From positions 62,001 to 126,000 of IMG/VR virus record IMGVR_UViG_3300033141_006329: a stretch of 64,000 nt of DNA; one strand, 5' to 3'. A model generated the notes under the pieces. The model was given only the letters and a program-made list of their open reading frames with translations. It did not search any database and was not told where the DNA came from. The position numbers and the translations under genes are program-made. Shown in pieces: positions 29,744 through 38,882 of this stretch. Each line of letters opens with the position of its first letter. The first letter of the stretch is position 1.

Positions 29744-30883
29744 TTATTTCTTACCCTCGAAAATACTCTCATAAATAGTAGAAATTTCACAACCCATTCT
29801 ATTGCACCTTATACCCTTACTAAAGCATTTTTCATTACAACTAAATTCAGGATCATAATTTTTCATAATCATTTCTTTAAACTTCTCTAAATCGTCTGTA
29901 GCTTTTCCCAAACGACATTGGGGGGCTGTAGGTGTAGCTGCTGTTGAGCATTTGTATACATAACCATCAGCGCCATATGTGATCTGATAATAGCCGTAAG
30001 CGCATTTATTAAAGTTGAATTTGGTATCAATATCTGTAAACTCTGGTCCTGTATAGAATATGTACGGGCGCTCTTCTTTTGTCTCTGATAAATATTTCTT
30101 TAGTGCATCATAATATTGTTGAGAGCCTGTCACTTCTACTCTTTCTTTATATTCTCTTACTTCATCAAATGATTGATTGTAATTTGCAAATGGAATACTA
30201 AACCTGAGCGAGTCCACGCCTATATCTTTAGCAATTTTGACAATTTCTTGAAAATCCTCATGAGTACAACTGTGTGGTGAAATAAGATAACAAAGTCTGA
30301 TAGCATGTCCTTTATAGTTTTGAGACTTTCTTATGTATACAGCGTTCCTTATGCCTTTAACTATCTGATTAAATAATTCATAATTTTTTGAACCTTTAAC
30401 TTTGCACCATGATCTTGATGTTCCAGCATCTATACTTATAGATAAATAATCAGTAGGGTCAGAAATTCTATTCATTTCAGTAAGAACACCGTAATTATCC
30501 TCCAAATCTTTAAGCAAGATAGCATTGGTATGTATACCAAAATGATTATTATATTTTTTAGTCATTGCAAGAAAAGCCATAAAATAAGGATTTCCAAGTG
30601 GTTCTGTATAAGCGCCACCGTAGATATGATAAGGTATTTTGCCTTTTAATTTATCCATAAGCGATAGAGCATCTGCCTCCCAATGTCCCAACGCTTTATT
30701 GAATAATTTACCAGCACAATGACTACAATGCAACTGACAAGGCTGTTTATGATCGTTAGGCAAATGCACCTCCCATTGACGAGGCCAAACAAATTCTCCA
30801 GAGAACATTCTCTCAGGTTTATTATCTAAGTGTTTCATCAATTGTTTCCAGTAGAGGTATTCCTCAGGTCTCATATCAATCAT
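29744..30883 (-). CDS. Radical SAM protein with C-terminal Cys-rich (SPASM/twitch-like) domain
   Basis: CQLHCSHC (CxxxCxxC), GG.YTEP, TN, SIDAG; C-terminal C...GADG.VY.C...C...C...C. Confidence 0.8.
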   Translation of the reverse strand: MIDMRPEEYLYWKQLMKHLDNKPERMFSGEFVWPRQWEVHLPNDHKQPCQLHCSHCAGKLFNKALGHWEADALSLMDKLKGKIPYHIYGGAYTEPLGNPYFMAFLAMTKKYNNHFGIHTNAILLKDLEDNYGVLTEMNRISDPTDYLSISIDAGTSRSWCKVKGSKNYELFNQIVKGIRNAVYIRKSQNYKGHAIRLCYLISPHSCTHEDFQEIVKIAKDIGVDSLRFSIPFANYNQSFDEVREYKERVEVTGSQQYYDALKKYLSETKEERPYIFYTGPEFTDIDTKFNFNKCAYGYYQITYGADGYVYKCSTAATPTAPQCRLGKATDDLEKFKEMIMKNYDPEFSCNEKCFSKGIRCNRMGCEISTIYESIFEGKK

Positions 30884-30884
30884 T

Positions 30885-31634
30885 TTATTTATTCTCCTTT
30901 ATACAAAAATTATCTAATATCTGTTTATTAGCTGGTTTGCCTCTAAACGAATTGTTAAGATTTTTATCATGTATCATTTGTAACCAAAAAGGACTACCAT
31001 TTCTGATTTGTTCAACTGTGAATAATCCATTCATCTTCCAGTGAACTATTCTAAAACAAGTTTTTAGATAATTTTCTGTCAGTGGTTCTATGACTGTGAT
31101 GTAGGGGTTTGGAGGGCGGGGGTAATCCAAGGTTGTTATACCTTTATTTTTTATATTATATATAGTTCCATTTATAGGATTTAATAATCGCTCCTTTGGT
31201 GAAAATTCTTCTTGCATTATTTTTATATAATTTTTATTTAAAGCATCGTCGCAATCTAATCTGGAGGTTATAATCCAATTAGTTTCTGGATTTAATTGTT
31301 CTTTTATCTTATTTGAAAACCACTGATACATGGTGAATCTCTCATAGTTTTCATAATCTATGTATATAGGGATCATTCTATCATATTTTTCTAATAAATT
31401 TTTATTAGTATGATTCTCATCAAATAAAACCATCCATTTGAAATTTTTATTGGTCTGTCCTGCTATCGATGGATAACAATATTTATCGAAAAGCCTTAAT
31501 CGATGTTTAAACCATTCGTCTGTAGGCATATCTTCATGATTAGGTCTTTTAAGTTTTCTCCCTGTTATACATTTTGACCATTGCATGTAAACATTAAATT
31601 GCGTCAAAAGGAAATGTTCGAATTGTATACTCAT
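30885..31634 (-). CDS. Putative glycosyltransferase (GT-A, putative rhamnosyltransferase-like)
   Basis: HFLLTQFN, W..HRL.LF..YC.PSI..QTN.NF.W.VLFD, ITSRLDCDDAL. Confidence 0.7.
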   Translation of the reverse strand: MSIQFEHFLLTQFNVYMQWSKCITGRKLKRPNHEDMPTDEWFKHRLRLFDKYCYPSIAGQTNKNFKWMVLFDENHTNKNLLEKYDRMIPIYIDYENYERFTMYQWFSNKIKEQLNPETNWIITSRLDCDDALNKNYIKIMQEEFSPKERLLNPINGTIYNIKNKGITTLDYPRPPNPYITVIEPLTENYLKTCFRIVHWKMNGLFTVEQIRNGSPFWLQMIHDKNLNNSFRGKPANKQILDNFCIKENK

Positions 31635-32542
31635 AGTGTCTCCATCATTTTATTAAATATTTTTAAATTATTTTTTTCAGTAGAGTTTTCCAATACAAAT
31701 CTTCTTCCTTCTCTTCTAATATCTTCATATCTTTCAGGGTTCTTTAATACAGTATCTAATGTCTCGAAGAAATTATTTTTAGTAATTTGAATATAATGAA
31801 CTTTATTTTTGATACAAAAAAAATCCAAATCCGGAGTATATGTAGCCAATAATAATGATCCAGAGGCCATTATTTCAAAATATTTGCCTACCACAAAGTC
31901 CATTATTGTCGCAGTAGTAACACTACAAAAATATTTATTTAATTCTTGAGCATATTTAAACCCTACAGTAGAGCCTGGATTATCTGTTCTCCATCCTGAA
32001 TGTGGCAACACGACTATATTTTCAGTCTTATGCTTATATATATATTTCCTAATAGGATATAACCTTTGATTATAACGACCTGTAAATAAACATTTCATTA
32101 TAGGTTCTTTGTTTAATTCTAATTTGGAGTAATATTCCGAACTTGCAAATTGTGGGCAATTAACATATTTATCTATATAATCTGGAAATATTTTTGTGAA
32201 TGCAAAATCGTGAGGGTTTAATATTACGTCAGCTCTATCCATTAATTTTTTCAATTTTTTTACAAATTCAACATCACCTGGCCGATTACAACCGTGCAAG
32301 TCGATCATATATAGTATAAGCTTTTTATCTTTAGAAAGATTAATAAGCCCCTTATATAAATGAATTTCATCTGCTCGTGGTGTCCTGAAAACTAAAATAA
32401 TATTTTCTTCTACCTTACTTACGTCCCAGGTTTTTGTATATCCTATTCTGTAATCTAATAAATTCAGAAATGCTAAATATTTTTTTACTATAGGAAAACT
32501 CTCTTTATCTCTTAGAGGAATTAATATTAAACCTTTAGACAT
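31631..32542 (-). CDS. GT-B glycosyltransferase (Glyco_trans_1_2/CgeB-like)
   Basis: VVGKYFEIMASGSLLL...VHYI...YE.IR..GR.FV. Confidence 0.75.
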   Translation of the reverse strand: MSKGLILIPLRDKESFPIVKKYLAFLNLLDYRIGYTKTWDVSKVEENIILVFRTPRADEIHLYKGLINLSKDKKLILYMIDLHGCNRPGDVEFVKKLKKLMDRADVILNPHDFAFTKIFPDYIDKYVNCPQFASSEYYSKLELNKEPIMKCLFTGRYNQRLYPIRKYIYKHKTENIVVLPHSGWRTDNPGSTVGFKYAQELNKYFCSVTTATIMDFVVGKYFEIMASGSLLLATYTPDLDFFCIKNKVHYIQITKNNFFETLDTVLKNPERYEDIRREGRRFVLENSTEKNNLKIFNKMMETL

Positions 32543-32634
32543 ACGAATATCCTCCAGGTATACATTTGCTCCACCTCATAAAAAATATTAAACTGGGCTA
32601 AGATAAAATGTTCGAAATTTAGATTCATGATAAG

Positions 32635-32853
32635 TTATCCTGCAACCTTCTCTGGGTTTCCCAATTGTGTTTTTATAAATTCATTTAAAAGAGTGTTATG
32701 ATGTTTACACAAATGAAATGTTCTAGCAAGATCCACATGCTCTGATTTATCATCCATATAACACGCTTCAGTTATAACTATTTTCTTATCTCCATTATAT
32801 ATATCTAATTCTTTCCCACATACATCACAAAAATATTTGACTTCTTTACTCAT
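32635..32853 (-). CDS. Small Cys/His protein
   Basis: FCDVCG...HLCK.H motif. Confidence 0.55.
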   Translation of the reverse strand: MSKEVKYFCDVCGKELDIYNGDKKIVITEACYMDDKSEHVDLARTFHLCKHHNTLLNEFIKTQLGNPEKVAG

Positions 32854-32875
32854 TTATATACCCTCTCTAATTCGT

Positions 32876-34084
32876 TCATCCGACTATTTCCTTATATTTG
32901 ACAATAGTAATAATATCTCCAGTTATTAACCCTTCTATAGAATCACCAATCAAAACTACATTGTGTCCGTCCTCCAACTCAAAATTATAACTTTCCTTTA
33001 ATATCCCGAATCGCCCATAAACTTTTATCAATTCTGACATATCCACAGAACTTCCTATGTCAATCACGATATCGTCACCATCCTCTAATCCATTTGCATC
33101 GTCCTCTGTCAGAACATAATTATAAGCATCCTCATAATTCGCATCCACTCTAGTTACTTCTCCTGAAGTACTATCCATAATACTTAACATCAATTCGTCT
33201 GGGGCCAAATCATCAGAAGCTGGAACATAGTTAAATCCCGATGTAATCTGAAATACAATGTTCTTAGCTCTTGCAGGTAATTTTTGAACATCAAAAATTA
33301 AATGGGTCGGAATGGCTGCTTCCCACTCCATTTCTAGCGTTAAACGTGATTCGGAAAGATCATCTCCTCCATATTTTTCGCTACCATCTGTGATCCCCGT
33401 GAGCTTCACCATCGGGTGTATACTGAAAGGCCAACATAGTTTGGTCTGATTTATATTCTTTATTAATTTATTTCCTGCGGTAGTTTTATTCGCCCAATCT
33501 AAATCATAGTTTTCACCCGTATATAAATTATCATAATTATACAATACGAGTTCCTCCGGCAATACAAAATATCCTTCTATATTTGCTGGTCTTAAATATC
33601 TATCCAATCCTCCAAAAAACTGATAGGAAAGTACCCTGTAGTCTATGGCCTCATAAACTGACGATGCCCAAATGATTAATTCAAATCTACCTTTATATCT
33701 ATTCAGGACTGGACTTATAGATATATTATCATCTTCGTATATCTTATTCCTATTTAAATCACGACCTATAGTTGTCTCAAATTGTGGGTATCCATGTAAG
33801 AACCTTCCACCTTGTGGATCAGGTTCGAAATCCAAAGAAGGGTCAAATGTTACGAATGGGTATTGAGGACTGTGCTGTTCTCCTAAATTTTTTATCCTAT
33901 TATGGTAATGTACGACAGCTTTCTCATACGTAGCCATAACCACTTCCGTAGTTCTCGGAAAGAATTCTGTTCTGAAGAAATCTGCCATTCCTCTAAAGAA
34001 TGAACCCATCACGCCATTTATGTATGTATGGTGATATAGTTTTCTCTCTACTGTAGGTGCCATTTTAATCACCCATCCCTTCAA
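32876..34084 (-). CDS. Hypothetical protein, possibly tail completion/terminator-like
   Basis: 402 aa; YPF.T, SP....Y.G.FEL.IW pattern loosely recalls T4 gp15-like folds; function weakly supported. Confidence 0.45.
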   Translation of the reverse strand: MKGWVIKMAPTVERKLYHHTYINGVMGSFFRGMADFFRTEFFPRTTEVVMATYEKAVVHYHNRIKNLGEQHSPQYPFVTFDPSLDFEPDPQGGRFLHGYPQFETTIGRDLNRNKIYEDDNISISPVLNRYKGRFELIIWASSVYEAIDYRVLSYQFFGGLDRYLRPANIEGYFVLPEELVLYNYDNLYTGENYDLDWANKTTAGNKLIKNINQTKLCWPFSIHPMVKLTGITDGSEKYGGDDLSESRLTLEMEWEAAIPTHLIFDVQKLPARAKNIVFQITSGFNYVPASDDLAPDELMLSIMDSTSGEVTRVDANYEDAYNYVLTEDDANGLEDGDDIVIDIGSSVDMSELIKVYGRFGILKESYNFELEDGHNVVLIGDSIEGLITGDIITIVKYKEIVG

Positions 34085-34709
34085 CGATACTCCTTTTCAT
34101 ATCCTCAGAGTCATGATCAAGAAAAGAAACCTCTTCCACTCTATGCATTCCTTCTTCAAAATCCTCATAATATCTATCCAACGTATCCAGCCCATGTTGT
34201 GTGGCAAATTGTAGACCCATTGTGCGCAGAATGTTCACTCTGGATATATTATTATAACATCTTCTCTGAACAAAATAGAAAATCAAGTCATCAGCCAAAT
34301 CATACAATTTCCAGCCTAATATCAATAGATAATTATTGGAAGATTTTTTCTGATCTGCTATATGCAAGTCTAATTTCTCCTTAGAAAACTTTAATATATC
34401 TCTCTCATATAATCGATTAGTTCCTGTAAATTTAAATCTATAATCAAAGTTATCATCTTTTGTAGATTCCAGATGAAAAAATGTTTTACAGAATTTACAA
34501 TCCGTCAAATTCCTAAACATAGAAACCTTAACATCCCCAGACCTAATTATATTATGCTGAGTATCCACACCGAACTGTAATGCCGATGTTTGTTTATTGA
34601 ACAGAATTGTGAATGGTACAGGTGTTCCAGTTGGAAACGCTGTATATATTAAACCCCTATTAAGTGTGGGTATTAATCTTACTTTTAAATTATTAGTTTC
34701 GTTGTTCAT
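34065..34709 (-). CDS. Hypothetical protein
   Basis: 214-aa ORF, GAGG RBS. Confidence 0.6.
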   Translation of the reverse strand: MNNETNNLKVRLIPTLNRGLIYTAFPTGTPVPFTILFNKQTSALQFGVDTQHNIIRSGDVKVSMFRNLTDCKFCKTFFHLESTKDDNFDYRFKFTGTNRLYERDILKFSKEKLDLHIADQKKSSNNYLLILGWKLYDLADDLIFYFVQRRCYNNISRVNILRTMGLQFATQHGLDTLDRYYEDFEEGMHRVEEVSFLDHDSEDMKRSIVEGMGD

Positions 34710-34724
34710 CTTTTTTCCTCGACT

Positions 34725-36722
34725 TTAAAAATTATTTTCAATCACACTTTGAAGATCCACATCCTCAAAATTATTATCGCTTGGAATATCCTGCAATACT
34801 CTGGATTGACTTACGTCATCTTCCTCTTTAAGTAGTTTTGCTATCTTTAAAACTGACCTCCTATCCTTTAAAGTATTATCTATTTCCATTGCCCTTTTTA
34901 TTTTAAACATCTGGGCTGGGATATCTCTATGTTGCATAAATGCAGACACGTCCTCAAATTTTTTACAATTGTTCTTCAAATCACCCAATAAATATTCCTC
35001 AGCATATCCCTTTAAACATTCCAGAAATAATTTCATTTTCTCATCCATTTTTGTGACTGGCGCTTCCTTTATTACTTCTTTTTGTGTTTTCTGTTTGGGT
35101 TTACTTGGGGTTTTAGTTAATGCTGTCTTTATATCTTCTGGTAACAATATATCAGTATCTGGTTTATCTATTCCATGCTTTTCAAATATTGTATAAACCT
35201 CTTTAGTTGTAGTAAATTTCTTGGCTGGTGTACCTGTAATAATCTTAGCTATTCTATCATAGGAATTCTTAAACATCTTTAAATCTACTGCCAAGATACT
35301 ACCTAACGTTAGATCTGCATATTCTTTCTCTACTATATCAAGTACACCACAGGTTTTACATCTATTATATTCTATCTCTATTTCATCCTCAAATGATTTA
35401 TTTATATCCAACGAAAATAGGAAGGGTGCAAACAATATCCTCATCGTGTATAGTGTTCTTCTATATTCATCTACTACTTTCATATCAGCATCATTTGTAT
35501 CAATCCATGTAAAATATTTATTGACCAACATATCATATATAATATAGATAGATAATATTTCTTTGGATATCTCAAATAGTGGATCACCTTTACTTATAGA
35601 TTTATGAAATTTTATTATAGGTACTTTTTTGGCTGGGTATCCTTCACCTGTTACTAGAGCATGTTTTACACCATCTTTAATAGCCTTTATCATACCGTAT
35701 TGCATCAGATAATAACCCTCAGTATTACTATATTCCATCATGATATCATCGCTTATATTACAAGTTGAAGTTATCATATCTATAGGTGTAAATATTTTAA
35801 GATCTGATTTTTTATTTGAGGATATAAAAGAAGCTGACCATTCTCTCAGTCTGTTTATATCACAGTTAAGAAAATTATTAACAAAGGGTTTGGATGGATT
35901 GATTCTTTTTTCTTTTTTAGTACTATCACCAGAATCATCTGGAATATCAGGAAGTTCAATGTCCTCAAATGTATTACTGACTGTGCATAATTTATTGAAT
36001 TCAATCCCTGCATCTGCTGATTTATCATTTTCTACATCTTGTTCTTCTTCTATCTCATCCATAGAATTATCATATTCTTCTATCTCGAATTGTTCGGAAG
36101 AGGGTGGAGATTGTGAGATTGATAAGTTTCTCAGCTCTTTTGTTAACCTATCAAATCCGGCGGTTATATTGCTGTTAATCGTAGTTATTTTACCCATGAG
36201 CCTATTTAACGTTAGAATGGTTTTAGTACCCGTATCGACTGTTATGAAACTATTTGTATATTGTTTCATTAATTCAATCATTGTTTTAAAAGTTAGAAAA
36301 TCTACAGGTATAGTTAATTTTCCTACAGTAGAAACTGAATTAGTAACAATCATTGTAATAGCAGGTTTTCGATTCTCGTGATCATAGGCTAGATTGAATA
36401 ATAGTTCTGCCTTAGATTTCTTAAGGTATTTTACAACACTTACATTGCCACCTGTAATAAATGCTTGTTCTGGTCCTACCTTCATAAAATTTGTTACTTG
36501 ATTTATAAGATCATATATATGGTGTATACATAATGATGCTCTTATGGATTTATAACCCGTGCGAGGATCTAATATGGCTACAGTTAACATTGTAGGTTCA
36601 TAGCTTTCCCATTTATCATCTGATCGGATAACTGTACTAGTGCTCATTTTCATTGATATGGATGTTCGCGGATCAGTATACTCCATTAAATGATTTTGTA
36701 AAAACAAACTCTCTTTTTCCAA
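34725..36722 (-). CDS. Large hypothetical protein
   Basis: 665 aa; beta-rich N domain, acidic linker, helical C part; downstream of the 36765 motif. Confidence 0.7.
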   Translation of the reverse strand: MEKESLFLQNHLMEYTDPRTSISMKMSTSTVIRSDDKWESYEPTMLTVAILDPRTGYKSIRASLCIHHIYDLINQVTNFMKVGPEQAFITGGNVSVVKYLKKSKAELLFNLAYDHENRKPAITMIVTNSVSTVGKLTIPVDFLTFKTMIELMKQYTNSFITVDTGTKTILTLNRLMGKITTINSNITAGFDRLTKELRNLSISQSPPSSEQFEIEEYDNSMDEIEEEQDVENDKSADAGIEFNKLCTVSNTFEDIELPDIPDDSGDSTKKEKRINPSKPFVNNFLNCDINRLREWSASFISSNKKSDLKIFTPIDMITSTCNISDDIMMEYSNTEGYYLMQYGMIKAIKDGVKHALVTGEGYPAKKVPIIKFHKSISKGDPLFEISKEILSIYIIYDMLVNKYFTWIDTNDADMKVVDEYRRTLYTMRILFAPFLFSLDINKSFEDEIEIEYNRCKTCGVLDIVEKEYADLTLGSILAVDLKMFKNSYDRIAKIITGTPAKKFTTTKEVYTIFEKHGIDKPDTDILLPEDIKTALTKTPSKPKQKTQKEVIKEAPVTKMDEKMKLFLECLKGYAEEYLLGDLKNNCKKFEDVSAFMQHRDIPAQMFKIKRAMEIDNTLKDRRSVLKIAKLLKEEDDVSQSRVLQDIPSDNNFEDVDLQSVIENNF

Positions 36723-36763
36723 AGTCCTTCTCCTTTTAATTTTTTAGTGATGCTTTTATGTTT

Positions 36764-37117
36764 TTAGTTTGTCCAGTTGTATGAACGGTTATTTTCTATT
36801 AGATTTTTTAATAATCTCCTATGACAATTTCTATCACTCTTTTCCCAACACAACAGAGTAATCAATTCTCCATCATCACTTCTCTTCTTTAATTCTTTGA
36901 TCAGATTCTTCCTACTCTCCATCTCTTTTAAGTATCTCGTTTCATAATCATCCCAATCAATAGTCTTTGCCCTATAATCATTCAACAGTTCTATAGACGG
37001 CGCTAATTTCTTTAACCACTCATCATAATCATAGAAATTTTTAATCCATCTCATCACACAAATTCTTGTGCCATCATCTTCATTTTTTTCACTCATAATA
37101 CTTTTTGTTTTAATCAT
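36764..37117 (-). CDS. DUF488/YeaO-family protein
   Basis: DDG.RI.V.R, DEWLK.LAPS.EL, W..Y..RY..EM, ITLLC.E....CHR..L. Confidence 0.8.
   Translation of the reverse strand: MIKTKSIMSEKNEDDGTRICVMRWIKNFYDYDEWLKKLAPSIELLNDYRAKTIDWDDYETRYLKEMESRKNLIKELKKRSDDGELITLLCWEKSDRNCHRRLLKNLIENNRSYNWTN
36765..36788 (-). promoter_or_regulatory. Class 1 element upstream of 665-aa gene
   Basis: CCGTTCATACAACTGGACAAACTA. Confidence 0.65.
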
Positions 37118-37143
37118 TGATTCCCCTTTGATTTTATTCTTTT

Positions 37144-37167
37144 TAATTTGTCCAGTTGTTTGACTGG
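37144..37167 (-). promoter_or_regulatory. Class 1 element upstream of DUF488 gene
   Basis: CCAGTCAAACAACTGGACAAATTA. Confidence 0.7.
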
Positions 37168-37503
37168 TTATTCTTCTGTGGGTGGTAAGGGTCTTTTTAG
37201 TTTCACTTTATCGTCGATTACTTTGATAATTTTCCAGTTATCTTTAGTTTCTTGATATTGATCTTCCTCAATTCTACGTCGGATATTTTTCTCTGCTGTT
37301 TCCTGGTCCCAGTAGATTTCTATTTCTTCAGAGGAACCACCTAAATCACGATTCGATACATCCTCCCAATTAAGTATGGTAGCTTTATCATATTTCCATT
37401 TATAATTAAAATGGTACCATTTTCTAACCCATTTTAAAATTAGACCTGTTCCTTTTCTTTGTATTTTATAAAATCTTCCATTACTGACTATCTTATATAT
37501 CAT
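37168..37503 (-). CDS. Hypothetical protein
   Basis: 111 aa; GGAGG RBS within the 34-bp leader cassette. Confidence 0.6.
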   Translation of the reverse strand: MIYKIVSNGRFYKIQRKGTGLILKWVRKWYHFNYKWKYDKATILNWEDVSNRDLGGSSEEIEIYWDQETAEKNIRRRIEEDQYQETKDNWKIIKVIDDKVKLKRPLPPTEE

Positions 37504-37510
37504 TTTTAGT

Positions 37511-37544
37511 CCTCCTATATGATTTATGTTTTTAGTTTGTCCAG
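37511..37544 (-). repeat. 34-bp motif/leader/RBS cassette identical to 51891..51924
   Basis: CTGGACAAACTAAAAACATAAATCATATAGGAGG in both places (opposite strands). Confidence 0.85.
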
Positions 37545-37556
37545 TGTCGGAAGAGG
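37533..37556 (-). promoter_or_regulatory. Class 1 element upstream of 111-aa gene
   Basis: CCTCTTCCGACACTGGACAAACTA. Confidence 0.65.
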
Positions 37557-37594
37557 TGTATTATTTTATGAGGGTAATGAAACGGATAAAATAA

Positions 37595-37618
37595 CCACAC
37601 ATGTGACCGGACAAACTA
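37595..37618 (+). promoter_or_regulatory. Class 1 element pointing into the non-coding region (orphan)
   Basis: CCACACATGTGACCGGACAAACTA. Confidence 0.65.
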
Positions 37619-37684
37619 TTGTGTTTATGATTTATCATGTTTGATTTTCTAAGTCCATAGTTACTCATCTTTTATCAACTTCGT

Positions 37685-37885
37685 CTATTGGGATGTGAAC
37701 TATTGTTGAACGGATGATTATAACTGGTGGAGAAGAAAGGTCACTAACAATTCAGGTTTCCGTTGGAGGAAGGATCTTTGATCCTACGTTCAACAGGACA
37801 GTTTGAACATCAATTGCGATAGCAAGCACAATAAGCAAAAAAGAAAAGTATCATTCTAATGAAGGACTGGATAATAACCAGTCAT
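37685..37885 (+). ncRNA. Candidate structured non-coding RNA
   Basis: No ORF. TGTTGAACG (37704-12) pairs with CGTTCAACA (37787-95); outer stems GATGT/ACATC and CTATTG/CGATAG; GACTGG-N7-CCAGTC hairpin at 37865-83; motif at 37595 points into it. Confidence 0.4.
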
Positions 37886-38081
37886 TTCAACATGGAAATA
37901 TACAGGGGTCATATTGTGAGGAGAAAATTTGAGGATAACTTATTGAAATATTTATCATTGATTATAAAAAAGATATAAATAATATACTCCAAATTTTTGG
38001 TAAGGAAAAATCTTTTTTCCAAAAAACAAACACTTACAATCAAACCCTGATAAAAAACACTGGGTTGAAAAAAATCATACC

Positions 38082-38091
38082 GGACAAATTA
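38082..38091 (+). promoter_or_regulatory. Class 2 element (core only) in the non-coding region
   Basis: GGACAAATTA. Confidence 0.4.
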
Positions 38092-38354
38092 TTGAATTTG
38101 AATATAATAATTATGTCTCTTACGAGATTTACATGATTTGGATTTTCCCCATTCAAAATACTTTCAGTTTATTAGAATGGACTAAAAATTTAAAAGGTTA
38201 TTATATTTATCAAGTCCTTTTTTACCCGAGTTAGTTTGTATTCTCAAATATTCATATTTGAGGATAAAACTAGCTGAATAAATAATTATTAAAATACTAT
38301 ACGAAGTATGAAGAATAGCAAAAAAGAAAAGAATATAACCACTGTGTTAAGGTA

Positions 38355-38379
38355 TTGACAAGGTGATATAACTTGTCAA
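38355..38379. promoter_or_regulatory. Perfect 8-bp inverted repeat, operator-like
   Basis: TTGACAAG-N9-CTTGTCAA. Confidence 0.45.
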
Positions 38380-38466
38380 ATCTTTATACATTCTTAAATT
38401 ATAATATCCGATCTGAATGATTAAAAATCCTTGAACATTCTTAATTTGTAATACCCGATCTGAATG
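38378..38466. repeat. Imperfect tandem repeat, 47-bp period
   Basis: AAATCTTTATACATTCTTAAATTATAATATCCGATCTGAATG at 38378 versus AAATCCTTGAACATTCTTAATTTGTAATACCCGATCTGAATG at 38425 (6 mismatches in 42). Confidence 0.75.
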
Positions 38467-38832
38467 GATAAAACTTCCCGCCATCACTTTTTCTTTTTTC
38501 TTTTTGATGGGTTATTCTGATTTGCTTTATCTGATTCACCTCGTCGCCGAGGCAAATCGATTCTCTTTTCATAGGAGGTCTATCTCCGCCCATAAATATA
38601 AAAATAAACCTTCCATAATATAATTATAAAAAGAAATTCACATCCTCATTAACCCTTTCCCTCAATACCCAAATCAAAAATATCTAGCGCAAAATTATAA
38701 TGTTTTATCCTCAACAATTTGGGTCAATTTACTTACGGTTTTTTCGCCACAGCTTCTCAGTATCCTGAGCTACTATTCCCGCCGCGAAGGTAGAATATAA
38801 AGTTATTCGCGCCCCGCAAAAATGATGTGGAA

Positions 38833-38864
38833 CAAAGGGCATACGACAGATCGCATACCCTTTG
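38833..38864 (-). terminator. Stable hairpin downstream of the 131-aa gene (terminator-like)
   Basis: CAAAGGGTATGCGA-TCTG-TCGTATGCCCTTTG on the minus strand; U-tract weak. Confidence 0.55.
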
Positions 38865-38882
38865 CAACGAATTGAATATGTG

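Noticed and set aside
26248-37618. CRISPR array made from the GGACAAAYTA repeats
   Set aside because: Copies are dispersed, irregularly spaced, on both strands and tied to gene starts; no repeat-spacer periodicity or cas genes
38355-38405. Canonical sigma70 promoter from TTGACA
   Set aside because: No -10 hexamer at 16-18 nt spacing on either strand; better read as a palindrome
38745-38785. tRNA-like start GCGGGAATAGTAGCTCAG on the minus strand
   Set aside because: No anticodon arm, T-loop (TTCGA) or matching acceptor 3' strand
38735-38830. HDV-like or hammerhead ribozyme (GGCGAA, CTGAGAA..CGAAA)
   Set aside because: P1/P2 pairings for HDV could not be found and the hammerhead core CUGANGA is not matched; kept only as a generic structured island
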